A stretch of DNA of 64,000 nt. Origin: Azolla caroliniana (lineage: Eukaryota > Plantae > Polypodiophyta). A model generated the notes under the pieces. That model searched no databases. It was not told the DNA's origin and worked only from the letters and a program-made list of their open reading frames with translations. The stretch is taken from NCBI GenBank assembly GCA_043228905.1, contig JBHGNT010000013.1:21018001-21082000 (forward strand), written 5' to 3'. Position numbers and translations under genes: made by a program. Of the stretch, positions 23,701 through 37,229 are shown in pieces (position 1 is the first letter of the stretch; each line of letters opens with the position of its first letter).

Positions 23701-26489
23701 GAATGGTCTTTATGCCAAGCTAGAAAAATGTAGCTTTGCCTGCAAGCAAGTGGAATTTCTAGGCTACGTCATCTCCTCAAAGGGCATCGCCATGGATCCA
23801 GCTAAAGTCCAAACTGTACTAGAGTGGCAAATTCCATGGTCGGTACGAGATGTACAATGTTTTCTAGGTTTTGCTAACTTCTACCGTAAGTTTATACAGG
23901 ATTACTCGAAGATTATCTTACCCCTCACACAACTTACGAAGAAGGGCCAAGCATTTCTTTGGTCCATTGAAGCAGATATGGCTTTTCGGCATCTTAAGAA
24001 AGCCTTTACATCAACACCGATTCTAGCTCATGTGGATACTAGCAAACCATTCATCATGGAGGCCGATGCTTCAAATTTCGCCCTCGGTAGCATCCTTTCT
24101 CAACAAGGAGATAAAGAAGAGTTGCATCCGGTGGTTTTCCATTCGCGCAAATTCGATGTTGCGGAAATCAACTATGAAATACATGACAAGGAGTTATTAG
24201 CCATCGTGGATTCATTTGTGCAATGGCGGCATTTCTTAGAGGGCTCTCCACATCAGGTCGTTGTCTTTAGTGATCATAAAAATCTTGCTTATTTCCAGAA
24301 CGCTCGCGTACTAAATCGACAGCAAGCTCGGTGGGCGCAATTGCTCACGCGTTTCGACTTCAAAATCACATATTGACCGGGGAAGCAACATGGAAAAGCA
24401 GATGCAGTATCACGGCGTTCATATCTTGCACCTCGTCCTGGTGATCCAACATTTGATAATCAAAAGCAAGTAATCTTGGGACCAACACGATTGCACACGA
24501 CGCGGATTTTTCACACCCCGATGGATTCACGGATTACCAATGACATACGTGCAAATTTGAAGACGGATAATTTTGCTCAAGACATCCTGGTGCACATTGA
24601 TACTTCTCGGGCATCCTATTCTCAGTCTGAACAACCAGGTATTTACTACGGACAATTCGAATATCATGATGGTTTGTTATTCTATTAAAAGCGCGTATAT
24701 GTCCCCGATTGCTCCTGTCGCCTTCAAATCGTCTAGCATTGTCACGACACCCATACGGCGGGACATTTCAGTAGTACTAAGACGTTGGAGCTAGTGCAGC
24801 GATCTTTTTGGTGGCCCCACATGCGCCGTTTTGTCGACGACTACGTTCGGACCTGTGATGCTTGCTACCGAGCAAAGATGGCACGACACCATCCATATGG
24901 CTTGTTGGAACCCTTACTGATTCCAAGTAAGCTATGGCAGTCTATTTGTCTTGATTTTATCATAGATCTGCCGGTCTCGCAGGGGTTCGATGCTATCTTA
25001 ACCGTCGTCGATCGATATACGAAGATGGCACATTTTGTTCCGTGTACTAAGGCCATCACTAGTGAGGAAACCGCCGCCCTAGTCATGCGTGAGGTATTTC
25101 GGCATCATGGCCTCCCAGACAGTATCATCAGTGACCGAGGACCGCAATTTGTCTCCAAATTTTGGCAACATCTCTTCAAGATGCTCAAGGTCTCTTGCAA
25201 CCTCTCCTCCGACTACCATCCTCAGACCGATGGGCAGGCAGAACGAACAACCCAAACGCTGGAGCAATATCTCCGGTGTTTCCTGAGTTATCAACGAGAT
25301 GATTGGGCCGAGATTCTCCACTTTGCGGGGTTTGCGTATAATAATGTTGTTCACTCCTCGACTCGAGTCTCCCCATTCTATGCTTATACCGGTTCTCATC
25401 CTCGCTGGTCGGTGATCGACACCCTGGAGCTACCTACCAATCCTCGTGCCGGGGATCATTTGGAGAGACTACGCAAGATCCAGACAGATCTCTCGACTCA
25501 ACTTCGTCATGCTCAACAGACACAGAAGACTTACGTGGATCGTCATCGGCTTCCCTCCTCTTTTGCCATCGGAGATCGAGTATGACTCTTACGTCGTCAC
25601 ATCAAGACTACTCGACCGTGCGACAAGTTGGATTATCGATGACTCGGTCATTTCCGTATTACGGGTAAAGTTAATCCTGTCACATTCCGCCTTGATCTCC
25701 CTCCGCAGCTTCAGATACATCCGGTTTTCCATTGTTCTCTTCTTGAACCTTATAAAGCAAACACCATTCCCGATCGTGTTACACCACCGCCGCCCCCGCT
25801 GGAGTTGGATGCCGGCTTGGAGTATGAAGTTGATACCATCCTCGATTCCAAACTTATTCGCAACAAACTTTATTATTTGGTCGATTGGGTTGGTTATAGT
25901 CCGAGCGAAACGCACTTGGGAACCCGTCGAGCATGTTGCCAATGCTCAAGATCTGCTTGCTGATTTCCACCGAAAGTATCCGGACAAACCCGGTCCGCAA
26001 TCAGCGCCGACTCGTTCCACTCGTCGTCGTTAAGGGGGAGATAGTGTCATGATATGGCAAGACTCGAACCCATGACCTTATGGTATATGGGTCGAGCTCT
26101 TAACCATCACACCATCTATTGTAATTCATAGGATATTATCTTCATTTATGTTTTATTATAAGAAAGTAATGTATATTCCAGATTTCTCTAGAACATTCTA
26201 GAAGTTTAAGGATTACTCCTGACAACACTATAAAAGAAGGCACTAGGCATTATGTTGAACCAAATTGGTTCAACGCCAGTCTTAAGCCTCTTAGCCGCTT
26301 TGTACTTATCTTTTCACATAATATATTAGCTGCTGTCATCATCTTTCTCTCTCTCTCATCCTCGCTATCTCTCTCTCTCCTCTTCTCACTTCCTCTCTAG
26401 GGAATCTCACGCAGTCCCGTCTTCTTAGTACTGATAGTACTTCCCTTCTTAGTACTAATTCCATCTCTGCTTTAGTACTATTCCTGACA
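20787..26489 (+). mobile_element. Full-length but mutated Ty3/gypsy chromovirus (Tcn1-like), LTRs 20787-21231 and 26045-26489
   Basis: TSD GGTTG (20782-20786 / 26490-26494); 445-bp LTRs; PPT aagggggagatag; non-tRNA PBS; C-terminal chromodomain. Confidence 0.95.
21306..26033 (+). pseudogene. gag-pol of chromovirus 1 (gag, CCHC, PR, RT, RH, IN, chromodomain) with premature stops
   Basis: KFDGTRSQFRGF gag; LCLYCGGPGHIAINC; LLDSGA; YLDD; EADASNFA; ISDRGPQF/QTDGQAE; EYEVDTILDS..YYLVDWVGY..TWEP chromodomain. Confidence 0.93.
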
Positions 26490-27050
26490 GGTTGCGGCAA
26501 CCAGGACCGGACCGGACGAGGAGCGAGAACAAGGTGGAGTGATGCCAGAACGAGCCGGGTGGAAGAACCGGCTGCCACAGACACTAACACCACGATCTGA
26601 CCTGAAGTTGAGCTTGAGGGGGAGTGTTGAGCGAGCAAGGTCAACTTGATCCAGATCGGGTGAATAAGCTTGAGGCGGATCGGCATCCGGGAGGATTATC
26701 CGGATCGGTATCCGAAAACAATCAGCCAGATCGAGGAGACGGATCGGAGAGCCGGATTCGAATGGGAACCAGAATCCTAGTAGTAGCCTAGACTTCTAGG
26801 TAATTATTGTCTCGTAATTAGTGTCAGTCGCACGTAGGAATATTGAAGTACCTGTCAATACTTCTGTCAGTCCTTTATGAACTTGTATAAATAGTGTTGT
26901 TATAGCATATTGTATGTACAGAGTTTCATAGTACTTTTCATTTTTGAATCTACGTTTAGGTTCTACTCTCTTTGGCTCTCCCCCACGTATACTCTCTGTG
27001 TGTTACTATCCGGCTGAGCCGGTTCTGTCTAACGCTTCCGTACGCTAACA

Positions 27051-28800
27051 TTAATAGAAATTCACAACACTGCGACATAATCGGAATCGGCACGATAGAG
27101 CTCAATCTTGCGGGTGGCTCTACATTAATACTACGCAATGTCCGACATGTACCTGAGCTCTCAAGACCACTGATCTCCGTCGGTTAGTTGGATGAAGACG
27201 ACATTCGTGTTGGCTTCTCATTAGGAGGGTGGACGCTCCATAGGGGGAATCACCTTCTTGCTTGAGGACCAAAGATACACTCATTGTATCCTTTGCACGT
27301 CACATTCAGAGAGGGTGACCTGTTTCTGGTTGAAATCCCCGTGTCATCACTATAGCATGGACGACTCGAACAACTCAGCAAGGCCACCATCACACACTTA
27401 TCAAGAGCCGGATACATACCCAAACTCATCTTCTTGGATCATAAGTTATGCGAGCATTGCCAATACGGCAAACATACAGCCATAACACACCCGTCATCCG
27501 GCCCGAACAAATCGAGTCCACTCGATTTGGTCCACTTGGATGTTTGTGGTCCTATACCAGATCAGTCTCTTGGCAGTGCTTTGTACTTCGTCAGCTTCAT
27601 TGACGACTCAACTCGGAAGGTGTGGGCTTATCCGATGAAAACCAAAGATCGAGTGTTCTCGATCTTCTTTGATTGGCTCGCTATGGTAGAGAACCAACCC
27701 GGTCAAAAACTGAAATGCTTTCGGACTGATAACGGGGGAGAGTTCAAATCAGAGAAATTTGTCAAATTTTGCCGACAATGCGGCATAAGACGTGAATTTA
27801 CAGCAAAATAGGATACTGACTCTGGGACCTTGAGCACAAATAGATCGTCCGTAGTTTGGACGTTGTGTTCAACAAGTCGAACATGCATCAATCACTTGTA
27901 AAACCGATCGAAGTCCGAAGGGTAATTTTCTCCGATGTGCCAACCCTTCATGAAGACCTAGGTCACAACACGCGGTCAGCTTCACGGGTAGCTGAACCCT
28001 CTAACACTAACTCGGTAGTGTCAGACACAGCACATCCAAATGACTCGACTATGGACCATCCAACCATGACACCGAATGCAACCATTCAAGTCATACCTCG
28101 ACGATCCAAGAAACTATCGCAACCACTGGAGAGATACTCTCCTGGTATCCTTTTTATGGACGCCAGAGAACTGACATCATACGAAGAAGCATCAGCATCA
28201 ACTGACATGGCCACCTTGCCTTTGGTAATGGAGTTCGAAATGAACTCCATTCGTGCAAACAACACTTGGGATTTGGTCTAATTACCAAAGCATCGACGTG
28301 CTCTTCCATGTAAGTGGGTCTACCGAGGTATGGCGACATCCAATTCGGCCACCCCGAAATTCAAGGCCAGATTAGTAGCGAAACAGGCGCCGCAATAGTG
28401 GTACAAGAAGTTCGACGACTTCATCCAATCGATCAGCTTCTCAAAGTGCGATGAGGACCATTGTCTCTTCACGAAAACAGCTCGGGATGGATCTCCCATC
28501 TTCCTCATCATCTATGTGGATGACATGCTCATCTCAGGTTACCATGCCGGAGAACTCGCTGAGCTTGTTCAACAACTGCGGTTGAAGTTTGCCATGAAGG
28601 ACCTTGGTCCGACTTGACACATTCTTGGCATCAAATTAAGTCAACATCGAAATCAAAAACAATTGTTTCTGTCTCAATCCGACTACATTGGACGTGTCTT
28701 GGAACGCTTCAACATGCAATCGGCAAAATTTTCTTTAACCCCGCTCCTTATTAGTAGTCGACTGTCTCAACGAGACTGCCCGACATCCGGTCCGGAGGTG
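27051..28800 (+). mobile_element. Internally deleted Ty1/copia pol fragment (pre-integrase, integrase, partial RT)
   Basis: CEHCQYGKH, VHLDVCGP, RTDNGGEF, NNTWDLV..ALPCKWVY, IYVDDML. Confidence 0.85.
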
Positions 28801-28819
28801 ACATCGACGAATTCATAGA

Positions 28820-30314
28820 AACTGTTATCACTAATGAACATGTCTACTGGATCTACAAGCATTTTAGCACAAAAATCTATGGGTCTTAATGATTTGAAAA
28901 CACTTGGAAATTTTTATGGCATTAAAAAAATGATAGATGGGAAAGCGTTTTCTCCTATAATTGATAATGATAAATTGTATGATAAATATGTAATTTTCAA
29001 AAGGAAAGCTACCACGTAATGGCTTCGACGAGATTTCATAGATGTTTGGAGTATGATAATTGTAATGATGTGTGGAAAGAAAAGTTACCCGAGCTTCTAA
29101 AGCTTTCATTGATAGGGCTAATTCAATGTTCTTCTACGAAAGCATGTGAGAGAGGCTTTAATCGCCTAAATCTAATAAAAAATAAGTTCAGAAATAGGCC
29201 AAAAACGATACGGTTGATGCATTGATACGAATCTCTATTGAAGAACCTGAACTAGAACAACATGACTTCAATGCCAACATTTTGTTGTGGTCAGAGAGCA
29301 AGGCATATCGTCATATTTTAACAGGAACTTCTCATGAAATAGAAGATGACATCGAGGACTTCATAGAAGATATAGGTTGAAATTTTGTACATTTGATCAA
29401 TTTTGTTTTTAAACTTTATATATATTAGGTGTAATTTTATCTAATATGTTGTTAATGCTAGTTTACAAAGTTTGGAAATGTGAATTTTGTTTACAAAGTT
29501 AGTAAATGTTTTTGGTAAATATATATATCTAGTTTTTTATATCCAAAATTTTGTGATTGATTTGATTTGCTGTTGTGCTAGAATTTTTATTATTATTTAG
29601 TATGCACTAAATGTTTTTTTTCAACATGTTCCAGTTGACATTGTCGTTAATAGGAACGTGGCTAGTTGAAATTTTAAAATTCCGGTTAGGTTGATATGAA
29701 GTAGGAAAATTTCCGGTAGGGGCTAGAGACTTTGCCCAACATTGGTTTTGACCTTGTATTGAATTATACACGTCCTTGACGATTGTTTTAGATCCTACAT
29801 TGCTCTTCAAGGCATTCCTAGGTATATATAGTTAGCATCAAATCTTGATAAATTTTGATCTCATGTCATGATTATATGTCATTGGTAACAATTAACAACA
29901 ATTCAGTTCGGTTCAAGAGTGTCAAACTCAAACCGTTTAAGAAATTTGAAACTTAAATTAAATTGAACTGAACCACGAAAGAATTTAAATTGAATTGTTA
30001 CAAAAAAACCAAAGTGTTGAAGCGTTAAAACTAAGGTTCCGGTTTTCAAGTTAGATTAAAATTCATAAAATTTCAAAATTTAAATGAAAAACATTTTCAT
30101 TATTTCAAATGTTAAAGATTGTTCTTTGAAATGTGAGAATTGGGCTTAAAAATGAAAAGGTTGTTCACAAAAATAGTTAAGAAAATAATGAAGTGGCAAC
30201 TCTAAACCGATCAAACTATATTGAACTATTAAAAAACAGTTCAATGTGAAGCGAATCGTTTAGATTGTTAAGTCACAGTTTCGTGGTTCTATTCGGTTTG
30301 GTTTGTAGACACTG
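28820..30314 (+). mobile_element. hAT remnant, copy 2 (transposase 3' end, subterminal repeats, putative right TIR ending ...gtttgtagacactg)
   Basis: Highly similar to ~16730-17890; CERGFNRLNLIKNKFRN; aaccg/cggtt-rich subterminal repeats; terminus reads CAGTGT on the - strand. Confidence 0.8.
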
Positions 30315-30384
30315 GCCATTACTATAATATATATTCCCATTTAATATGGAGAAGAAGTGAACACCCAAAGTACTCAACATCTTG

Positions 30385-33300
30385 TGTCATAGACACGATG
30401 GAATGTAGGGCACGATCGAATCTAGGGGGTTGAACCCATGACCTCTTGGTCTTATTGGACAACCTTACCAATTGAGCTACATTCCATTTAGGCATTATTG
30501 TATTGGATAAGTTTCAACTAGAACTTTCAAGAAACTTCTAGAGAATGCATAGACATGCACTCTCTACAGGTTTCCATGCATTCTCTTGATCTTTCCTAGC
30601 TTACATTCATACCACCACATTCTTGTATAAATACTTCGGTGCACCTTGTTTACAATCAAGGTGAAAAACACCAGTTACGGAAGCATAATCTAGTTCTTGC
30701 TCTTTGTCTACCTTCTCCCTCTATCTCTCTTGTTCTCTTGTCTATACTCTCTCCCTATCTATATATCTATCTTTTGCTCTTTCTTAATATTTAGCTCGCC
30801 TACTTGTCCTTGTCCTCGTCTACCAGTCCGTGACAGTTTGTTCACCTTCTCTTCTTGTTACCATGTCAGACTCAGCCTTAAGCCAAGTAATGGCAGCCTT
30901 GGAACAACTTCAATTAGAAAATGAAAGCCTTCGTCAATCATTACGAGAGCTTCAGAATGGCATAGCCAACAACCCTCCACCCGTTGAGCCTCACCTTCCG
31001 TTAGCACCTAAACCAACCCCTTCCTCTTCCCATTCATATGTCCTCAAACCTAACGTCAGCCTACTTGACAAATTCAACGGCTCGAGGGAGCATCTTCGTG
31101 GCTTCATCATCAAATTTGGCTTATCATCCACTTACAACCCCAACGTTATGCTAGTGATTTCTATCGGGTCGGCCTCGTTGGCACCCTTCTCTCGGGGCCG
31201 GCACAAGCGTGGTTTGCACCATTGATGGTGACATCATCCCCACTCTTAGACAACTTTCTTGCCTTCCTTGTGGAGCTTGAAGCCACATTCGGAGAGACAG
31301 ATCGGCGACGAACGGCTCTCATGAAACTTTATTCCTTACAACAAGGATCTCGTCCAACTTCCGTCTATGCTTTAGAGTTTTGTCAGATCGTGTGCAATGT
31401 CAGCTGGGATGACCAAGCTTTATGCGACTGGTTTCGTCGAGGCCTTAGAAATGATGTCAAGACTCTTCTCTTAAACTTTCCGGAGCCCCCATCATTGTCC
31501 CAAGTAATCTCCCAAGCCGTTCAATGTGATAATCATCTTTTTGAGCTTCGACAAGAGGAATGGGGGACTCGAGGCTTTCCGTCTTCCTTCTGCAATGCTC
31601 CACTCACAAGGCCATATATATCAGTTTCGCCAAGCACGCCCTGGTTGCCGTCTTCCCATGACACTCTTACCCCGATGGAGGTCGACTCTTGTACCCCCAA
31701 TGGAGATTGACCATGCTTGGTTCCAACCATTAACTGATGTCCAACGGCAACATCGACGTGAAAATGGCCTCTGCCTCTATTATGCTGCCCCAGGCCATGT
31801 CATCTGCCACTCCGATGCGTAGCCCTCGTCATCAATCCCACCGTGCACATCTTACCAAGGTTTCTCGACAACAAGAAAACGATCATGGATGTCTTGTGGA
31901 GGTTTTTGGACAACAGGAAAACGAGCAAGTCCGGTTGTAGTAGGAGCCAGGCCGCTAGACACATCCCGTCGCCCTACTTCTCTGTGCTCCTACAATTCAG
32001 TCACGCGAGCAGGAGGTTTTACGTTGCAAGTAAATCTTAGTTTTGGGTCTATTTCAATAAAATCCCATGCATTGCTCGATTCTGGTGCATCCACTTGTTT
32101 CATCGATATCGCCTTCGTCTGAGCACAACACAACCCATATCCGTTGAAGCTATCGACGGACGGGTCCTCTCTTCGGGGGCAATTACTGAAGTCATTGTCC
32201 TGTTGGTACTTCAAGTTGAGTTCCACAAGGAGGTATTAACATTCTATCTCATTGCAACTCCTCGACATCCGATTGGTTTTAGGGCTCTCCCGGTTTGAAA
32301 CACACAATCCGATGGTGGATTGGTGCAGCTGCTGAATCACCTTTCCATAAACACCAGCGCGGGTCTCTTCCACAAACACCGTTACTTGTGTGGGGGCTGC
32401 TTTCAACTTGGGAGCACATTCTTCTAATTCAACTTGGGCGCACATCCACCATTTGGGCCCATCTATGGGCTATCTCAACCGGAACTTGAGGCTCTTTGCA
32501 CATATCTGGATGACAACCTCACCAAGGGCTTCATTCAAGCCTCCAAGTCACCCAGCTGGGGCTCCAATTTTATTTGTCAAGAAGAAGGATGGCTCATTAC
32601 GCCTATGTGTGGATTGTCGGGGTCTCAACAAAATTACGGTACGTAATCGTTATCCCTTGCCTTTAATTCCAACACTCCTTGACCGACTTCGAACCGGGCG
32701 TATCTTCTGCAAAATCGACCTTCGGGGAGCCTACAATCTGGTGCGTATCAAGCCAGGGGACGAGTGGAAAACTGCCTTCCAAACACGCTATGGACATTTT
32801 GAGTACAAGGTGATGGCTTTTGGTCTCACCAACACCCCGACGGTCTTTCATCACATGATGAACAATATATTTCGGGAGTATCTCGATCACTTCGTGCTGA
32901 TCTACCTTGACGACATTTTAGTGTTTTCTTCCGACATAGAGGAGCACACCTGACACGTCCGACTGGTTCTATCCAAACTTCGGGAACATGGACTTTACGC
33001 CAAAAGTGAGAAATGTGAGCTCGATCAAACCTCTGTCGAATTCCTAGGCTAAGTGATTTCACCCTCTGGGATCACAATGGATGCACGCAAGGTAGCAACA
33101 ATCACTGATTGGCCTGTCCCTACTCGGTTGAAACAGGTACAATCATTTCTTGGTTTTCCAAATTTTTATCGACGATTTATCAATGGTTTTTCCTCTTTAG
33201 TGCAACCTCTAATCATCCTTACTAGAAAAGATACTCCATTTCTTTGGACCTCTACGGCGCAAAGTGCTTTTGATGTCCTTAAGGCAGCTTTTCTCACAGC

Positions 33301-33411
33301 CCTAGTGTTGGTCCATCCCGACCCCACAAGGCCCTTCCAGGTAGAAACTGATGCCTCCGACTTTGCCATTGGAGCTGTCCCTCCCAATCAGACGACGAGG
33401 GCACACTACGT
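30385..33411 (+). mobile_element. Truncated chromovirus-type Ty3 element 2 (5' LTR 30385-30835, gag, PR, RT, start of RNase H)
   Basis: TGTCAT...GTGACA LTR; DKFNGSREHLRGF; LLDSGAS; YLDD; VETDASDFAIG; cut at 33411 by another LTR. Confidence 0.88.
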
Positions 33412-36400
33412 TGTCGCGTTGTTACGCGCGTGCGTGGAGAAAGGCGGTACCACGGGGGTCTTGGACTAGGGAGTGACGGAGTGTAGGAAGTCGTGCTTCA
33501 CCGTTTCCGGGGCATCCCAGAAGCACACCGGAAGCGACCGAAGGCAAAGAGAGAAAGAGAGGGAGCGCGCACTTAACACTGACTCATGCACATACACGCA
33601 CATGCACACACACACATGCCGACCCAACTCACGCCCTTATGTACAGGAAACGTAGGAAAGGGGAAGCACCCAACACCAACAGAGACGCGGATATACACAG
33701 ACAGACGCAAATGTATATATATAAAAGGGAAGAATACATTCCCGGCTTCGAGCCGGACCAAGGTAGGTTACAGTAGTCGTCAGCTGCCAAGCCGCCGGTC
33801 GGGGAGCTCACGGGTTTGTCGCGTCGAGCGGGGTCTTGCGCAGGAGACGAGCTGAAGCAAACCCTAAGCGAACACGAAGGGGGAGAAGAAGAAGAAGAAG
33901 AAGAAGAAGAAGAAGAAGAAGAAGAAATAATACTAACCCTAAATCTAACGGTATACCCTCTAACGCAAAATGGGCAACCCCTTCACAAAGGGCGCTCCCT
34001 TCCTTGTATAGAACAAGGAGAGGGATGCGTTACAATGTGGGACAAATCCTGACTTACATGGGATCGTCTGTCTCGACTTGACTGCTCTTCAGCGCCATAA
34101 AGGCGCCCTCGTTATTCACACTGAATGTACAAGGGTGAGCACACACGCTGCACCCCGCCGATGTAGACAATGTTTCCCGGTTTCCGCCTCTGGCCGAAAT
34201 TCTTCACGACATCCGCCCCCCACCAAACCGCACGTCCACCGGTACGTGCCAAATCCGGTGAAGGGTGAGAGATTTCGGCCGGTGAGAAACTGGTCTTCCG
34301 TGATCCGCATCCCGGCTCGCTGCCGGTTTGATCCGTCGGCTTCGATTCTTCCTTCGCGCTTACCTCCCCGTAGGCTCGTTCGACCCGTCGATGGGTCCTT
34401 CACCGCGATCTCCGTAGTACGCATACTTCCGCTGGCCCTTGTTCGCCCGTATGCACATCCCGCTCCCCGCTCCCCGTCGTCTGCCCGATGTCCTCCGTTG
34501 AGGAACGCCTGTAGTGGCCCGCTTGGCCTCCGTTGACCATTCGTGTTGCTGCAACAGGTCCCGAGTCTTCCACTTGCCGTCGTCCCCTCGCCCCCACCAG
34601 CTTGTCACCCCAGGCTTGCCGTGTCAGTCTTCGCTACTTCGACGGAGCTACCGAGATCTACGAAGCGAGTGTGGAGGATCCTCCTCCAGCCTCTCTTGCC
34701 CTCCCCTGACTCCGACCCTGTGCAGTCCACTAGGCACCCGTCACCTCGTTGCCGGCACCTCCCTTGTGCCGTCTTCCGCTTCCTTTGTTCGGCACCGCCT
34801 GCGCCGAACACCGTCCCGTAGTCACGCTTCGATCTGGCCCGCGATGGCCACTTGCGAGACGCTTATTCTGTCCCAGGTGTGCCTCTCCGGCCCGACACAC
34901 CTCCTCATGTTCGCCCTACCGGCTACTTCCGAGACCGTAACCGGCCGGTGAGGGTTTCGCACTTCGTCCGCCCGTCTTACCGACTCCTGATCCGCTACCT
35001 TGTGTCGTTGGGTCCCGTTCCCTGCCACCACCGTCCTTCTCCCTAGGTCTCACGTTGCCACGTTGGCCGAACTGCCGGAGTCTCCGGATCGGTGTGAGGG
35101 TCCCATAGGACCTGTCTTTGTTTCGTCGCTTGCTGAGATCCGGGTGTCTTTTGTCGGAGTCCTTCACGACTCTCCTCGTGTCTTCCGCGTAGCCGGTTTC
35201 CGTCTTCGTGTTGCCGGGTCCCGTTTCCCGCCGCCACCAACCTTCTCTCTCGGTCTGATGTTCCCACGTTGGCCGAACTGCCGGAGTCTCTGGTTCGGTG
35301 TGGGGATCCCATAGGACCGAACTTCCTTATGCCCACTGACCTTGCCGGAAGGTCCGATTTGGTTCGTGGCCGCCTCGCCGGCCTGATACCTCGCCGTTCG
35401 TCGCTTCCTGTTGTCCGATCACGTTCTCCTGCCGCCACCAACCTTTCCTATAGGACTCATGCCGGCACTCGGGCCGACCGCCGGATCGGTGTGAGTGTCT
35501 TCGTTGGACCTCCCCTTTCAGGCTTCGGTTGCCTGCCTTGCCGCCGCCACCATCACTTACTCTAGGTCTCACCCCTCCTCTTGTCGTTGGCTGCCGGAGT
35601 CTCTAGAATCGGTGCGTGTAAGGTCACAGCTGCTCCGCTCCGCCTTCGCCATCCTCTTCTGTTGGTCACGTTCCCTTGCCGCCACCGTCCTTTCCTATAG
35701 GACTCACGCCGGCTCTTGGGCCGACCGCCGGATCGGTGTGAGGATCTCCGTAGACCGCCCATCCATAACCCTTTGCCTTCGTCCCCTCGCCGCCACCATT
35801 CGTCACTTTAGGCCGACCGCCGGCTCTCGAGCCGACCGTCGGTTTCTGTAGAACTGGTGTGAAGGATCCTCCTTGGGCCTCCGATTTGTCTTCCCGCCCT
35901 ATCCCGGGTCGTCCTTTTCCGCATGCCGAGAAGGCGGTTTACTCCGCACCCTCTCCCATGGTACCGACGTACTGTGTCCTCGGCCTCTTCGTAGGCCTAC
36001 TCTCTTCCTCCCTCCCAGAATGGTCATCCGGGAGTCCGCTCCGCCCTGTTCTCGTTCGGGTCCGTTCGTCATTCTTCGGATTGCCGAGTCCCGTTTTTCT
36101 GTCGCCACCGACCTCTCCTACAGGACTCACGCCGGCACTCGGCCGACCGCCGGATTGGTGCGAAGATCTCATGGGACTGGTCTTCGTTCTCTTCATTCCT
36201 TGTACTTCTCCTGAACTCGTCGTTTCCCCCCTCTTCGCGTTCTCGCCTCCATCCTCCATCTCTTTCGGTCTCACGTTGCCACGTTGGCCGAACTGCCGAA
36301 GTCTCCGGATAGGACGCGGGGTAACCGATTTTGCAACGTCATTCTACGACTCGTCCGGACCACGCCCCTTCTAGTGGTGTCGGTGGATAGCATCCGCTCT

Positions 36401-37080
36401 GTCATCAACCAAGCCTCGCCTGAGCTTGATTCTCCAATGTCCGGAATTTCGGCTCCCATGCCGACCTTGCCAAACTCGTTCCGAACCTTTGATCACTTTC
36501 CTTTCCAATTCCCGACCTTCGCCTGGTCGGTCTTTCTCCCCATGTAAAAGAGGGCGGCTCGTCCCGCACCCCCTTTTGTATCGGCACTTTCATGCCGAAT
36601 CCGGCGCCGATCAAACGATCCACGACCAAATTCTGCTCCATCCGCATCGGAATGCCGATCTCCTCGTGCCGCGTCCGTCCTCAGCCTCCTCACAGACCGT
36701 TTCCCATCCATCTTCGTTGGCATCGTGCCCGGACTCCTCGGTACCGCCATCCATCTCCTCGGGCTTACATGGGCATACGGGCCCCAAAACCGAGTTCTCC
36801 GGAATCGGGTCCGAGGGCTTTCGTCTGCTCCTTCCCCGTATCGTCTCGCCGGTGATTCTTGGTCTTTCGCCGCCGCCTTCCTCCGCTTGGGACTCACGTG
36901 GGCACTCGGGCCCGACTGCCATCGTCTCGGGAGCAAGTGTGTGAAGACACAAAGAATCGCCCGTCTGTTTTACGCCCTTGTCCGTAGCCACCGGACCGGC
37001 TCTTCGTGATTGGCGGTCGTCTCCTTACTGATCGCGCAAGCCCCGCCTGGGCTTGCTTCTCCGATATCCGGGGTTTAGAA
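33412..37080 (-). mobile_element. 3' LTR (33412-34211) plus GC-rich non-coding internal region of a non-autonomous (LARD-like) relative of the tRNA-Trp Ty3 clade; no 5' LTR seen
   Basis: LTR start matches 55682 (tgtcg.gttgttacgcgcg), LTR end ttcttcacgaca matches 45024; adjacent PPT block tccgcccccaccaaaccgcacgtccaccgg mirrors 45025-45057; (GAA)n at ~33884-33927. Confidence 0.7.
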
Positions 37081-37229
37081 TTTTTTAAAATTGTTTGAAT
37101 TTTTTTTTCTCTTTTTTTAACGCTAGCTAGTGAGTGAGCAACACAGAACAGTGAGCGAAGAGGCCACATCCTGCATCTTTACTTGATGCTTACACCCTCA
37201 CCTCCCCTTGCATCCTATTCTCGGCTTGT

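Larger units (their letters stand above)
20411..27050 (+). mobile_element. 3' part of a Ty1/copia-family element (internal 20411-20786 + 26490-26624, 3' LTR 26625-27050), split by a chromovirus
   Basis: PPT gagcttgagggggag then TGTTGA; LTR end tctaacgcttccgtacgctaaca is nearly identical to the 5'-LTR end at ~41773-41795 that precedes a TGGTATCAGAGC PBS. Confidence 0.7.

Noticed and set aside
33473-37169. Numerous overlapping 60-170-aa ORFs on both strands
   Set aside because: GC-rich LTR and repeat sequence with low stop density; Arg/Pro/Ser-rich translations with no recognisable motifs.
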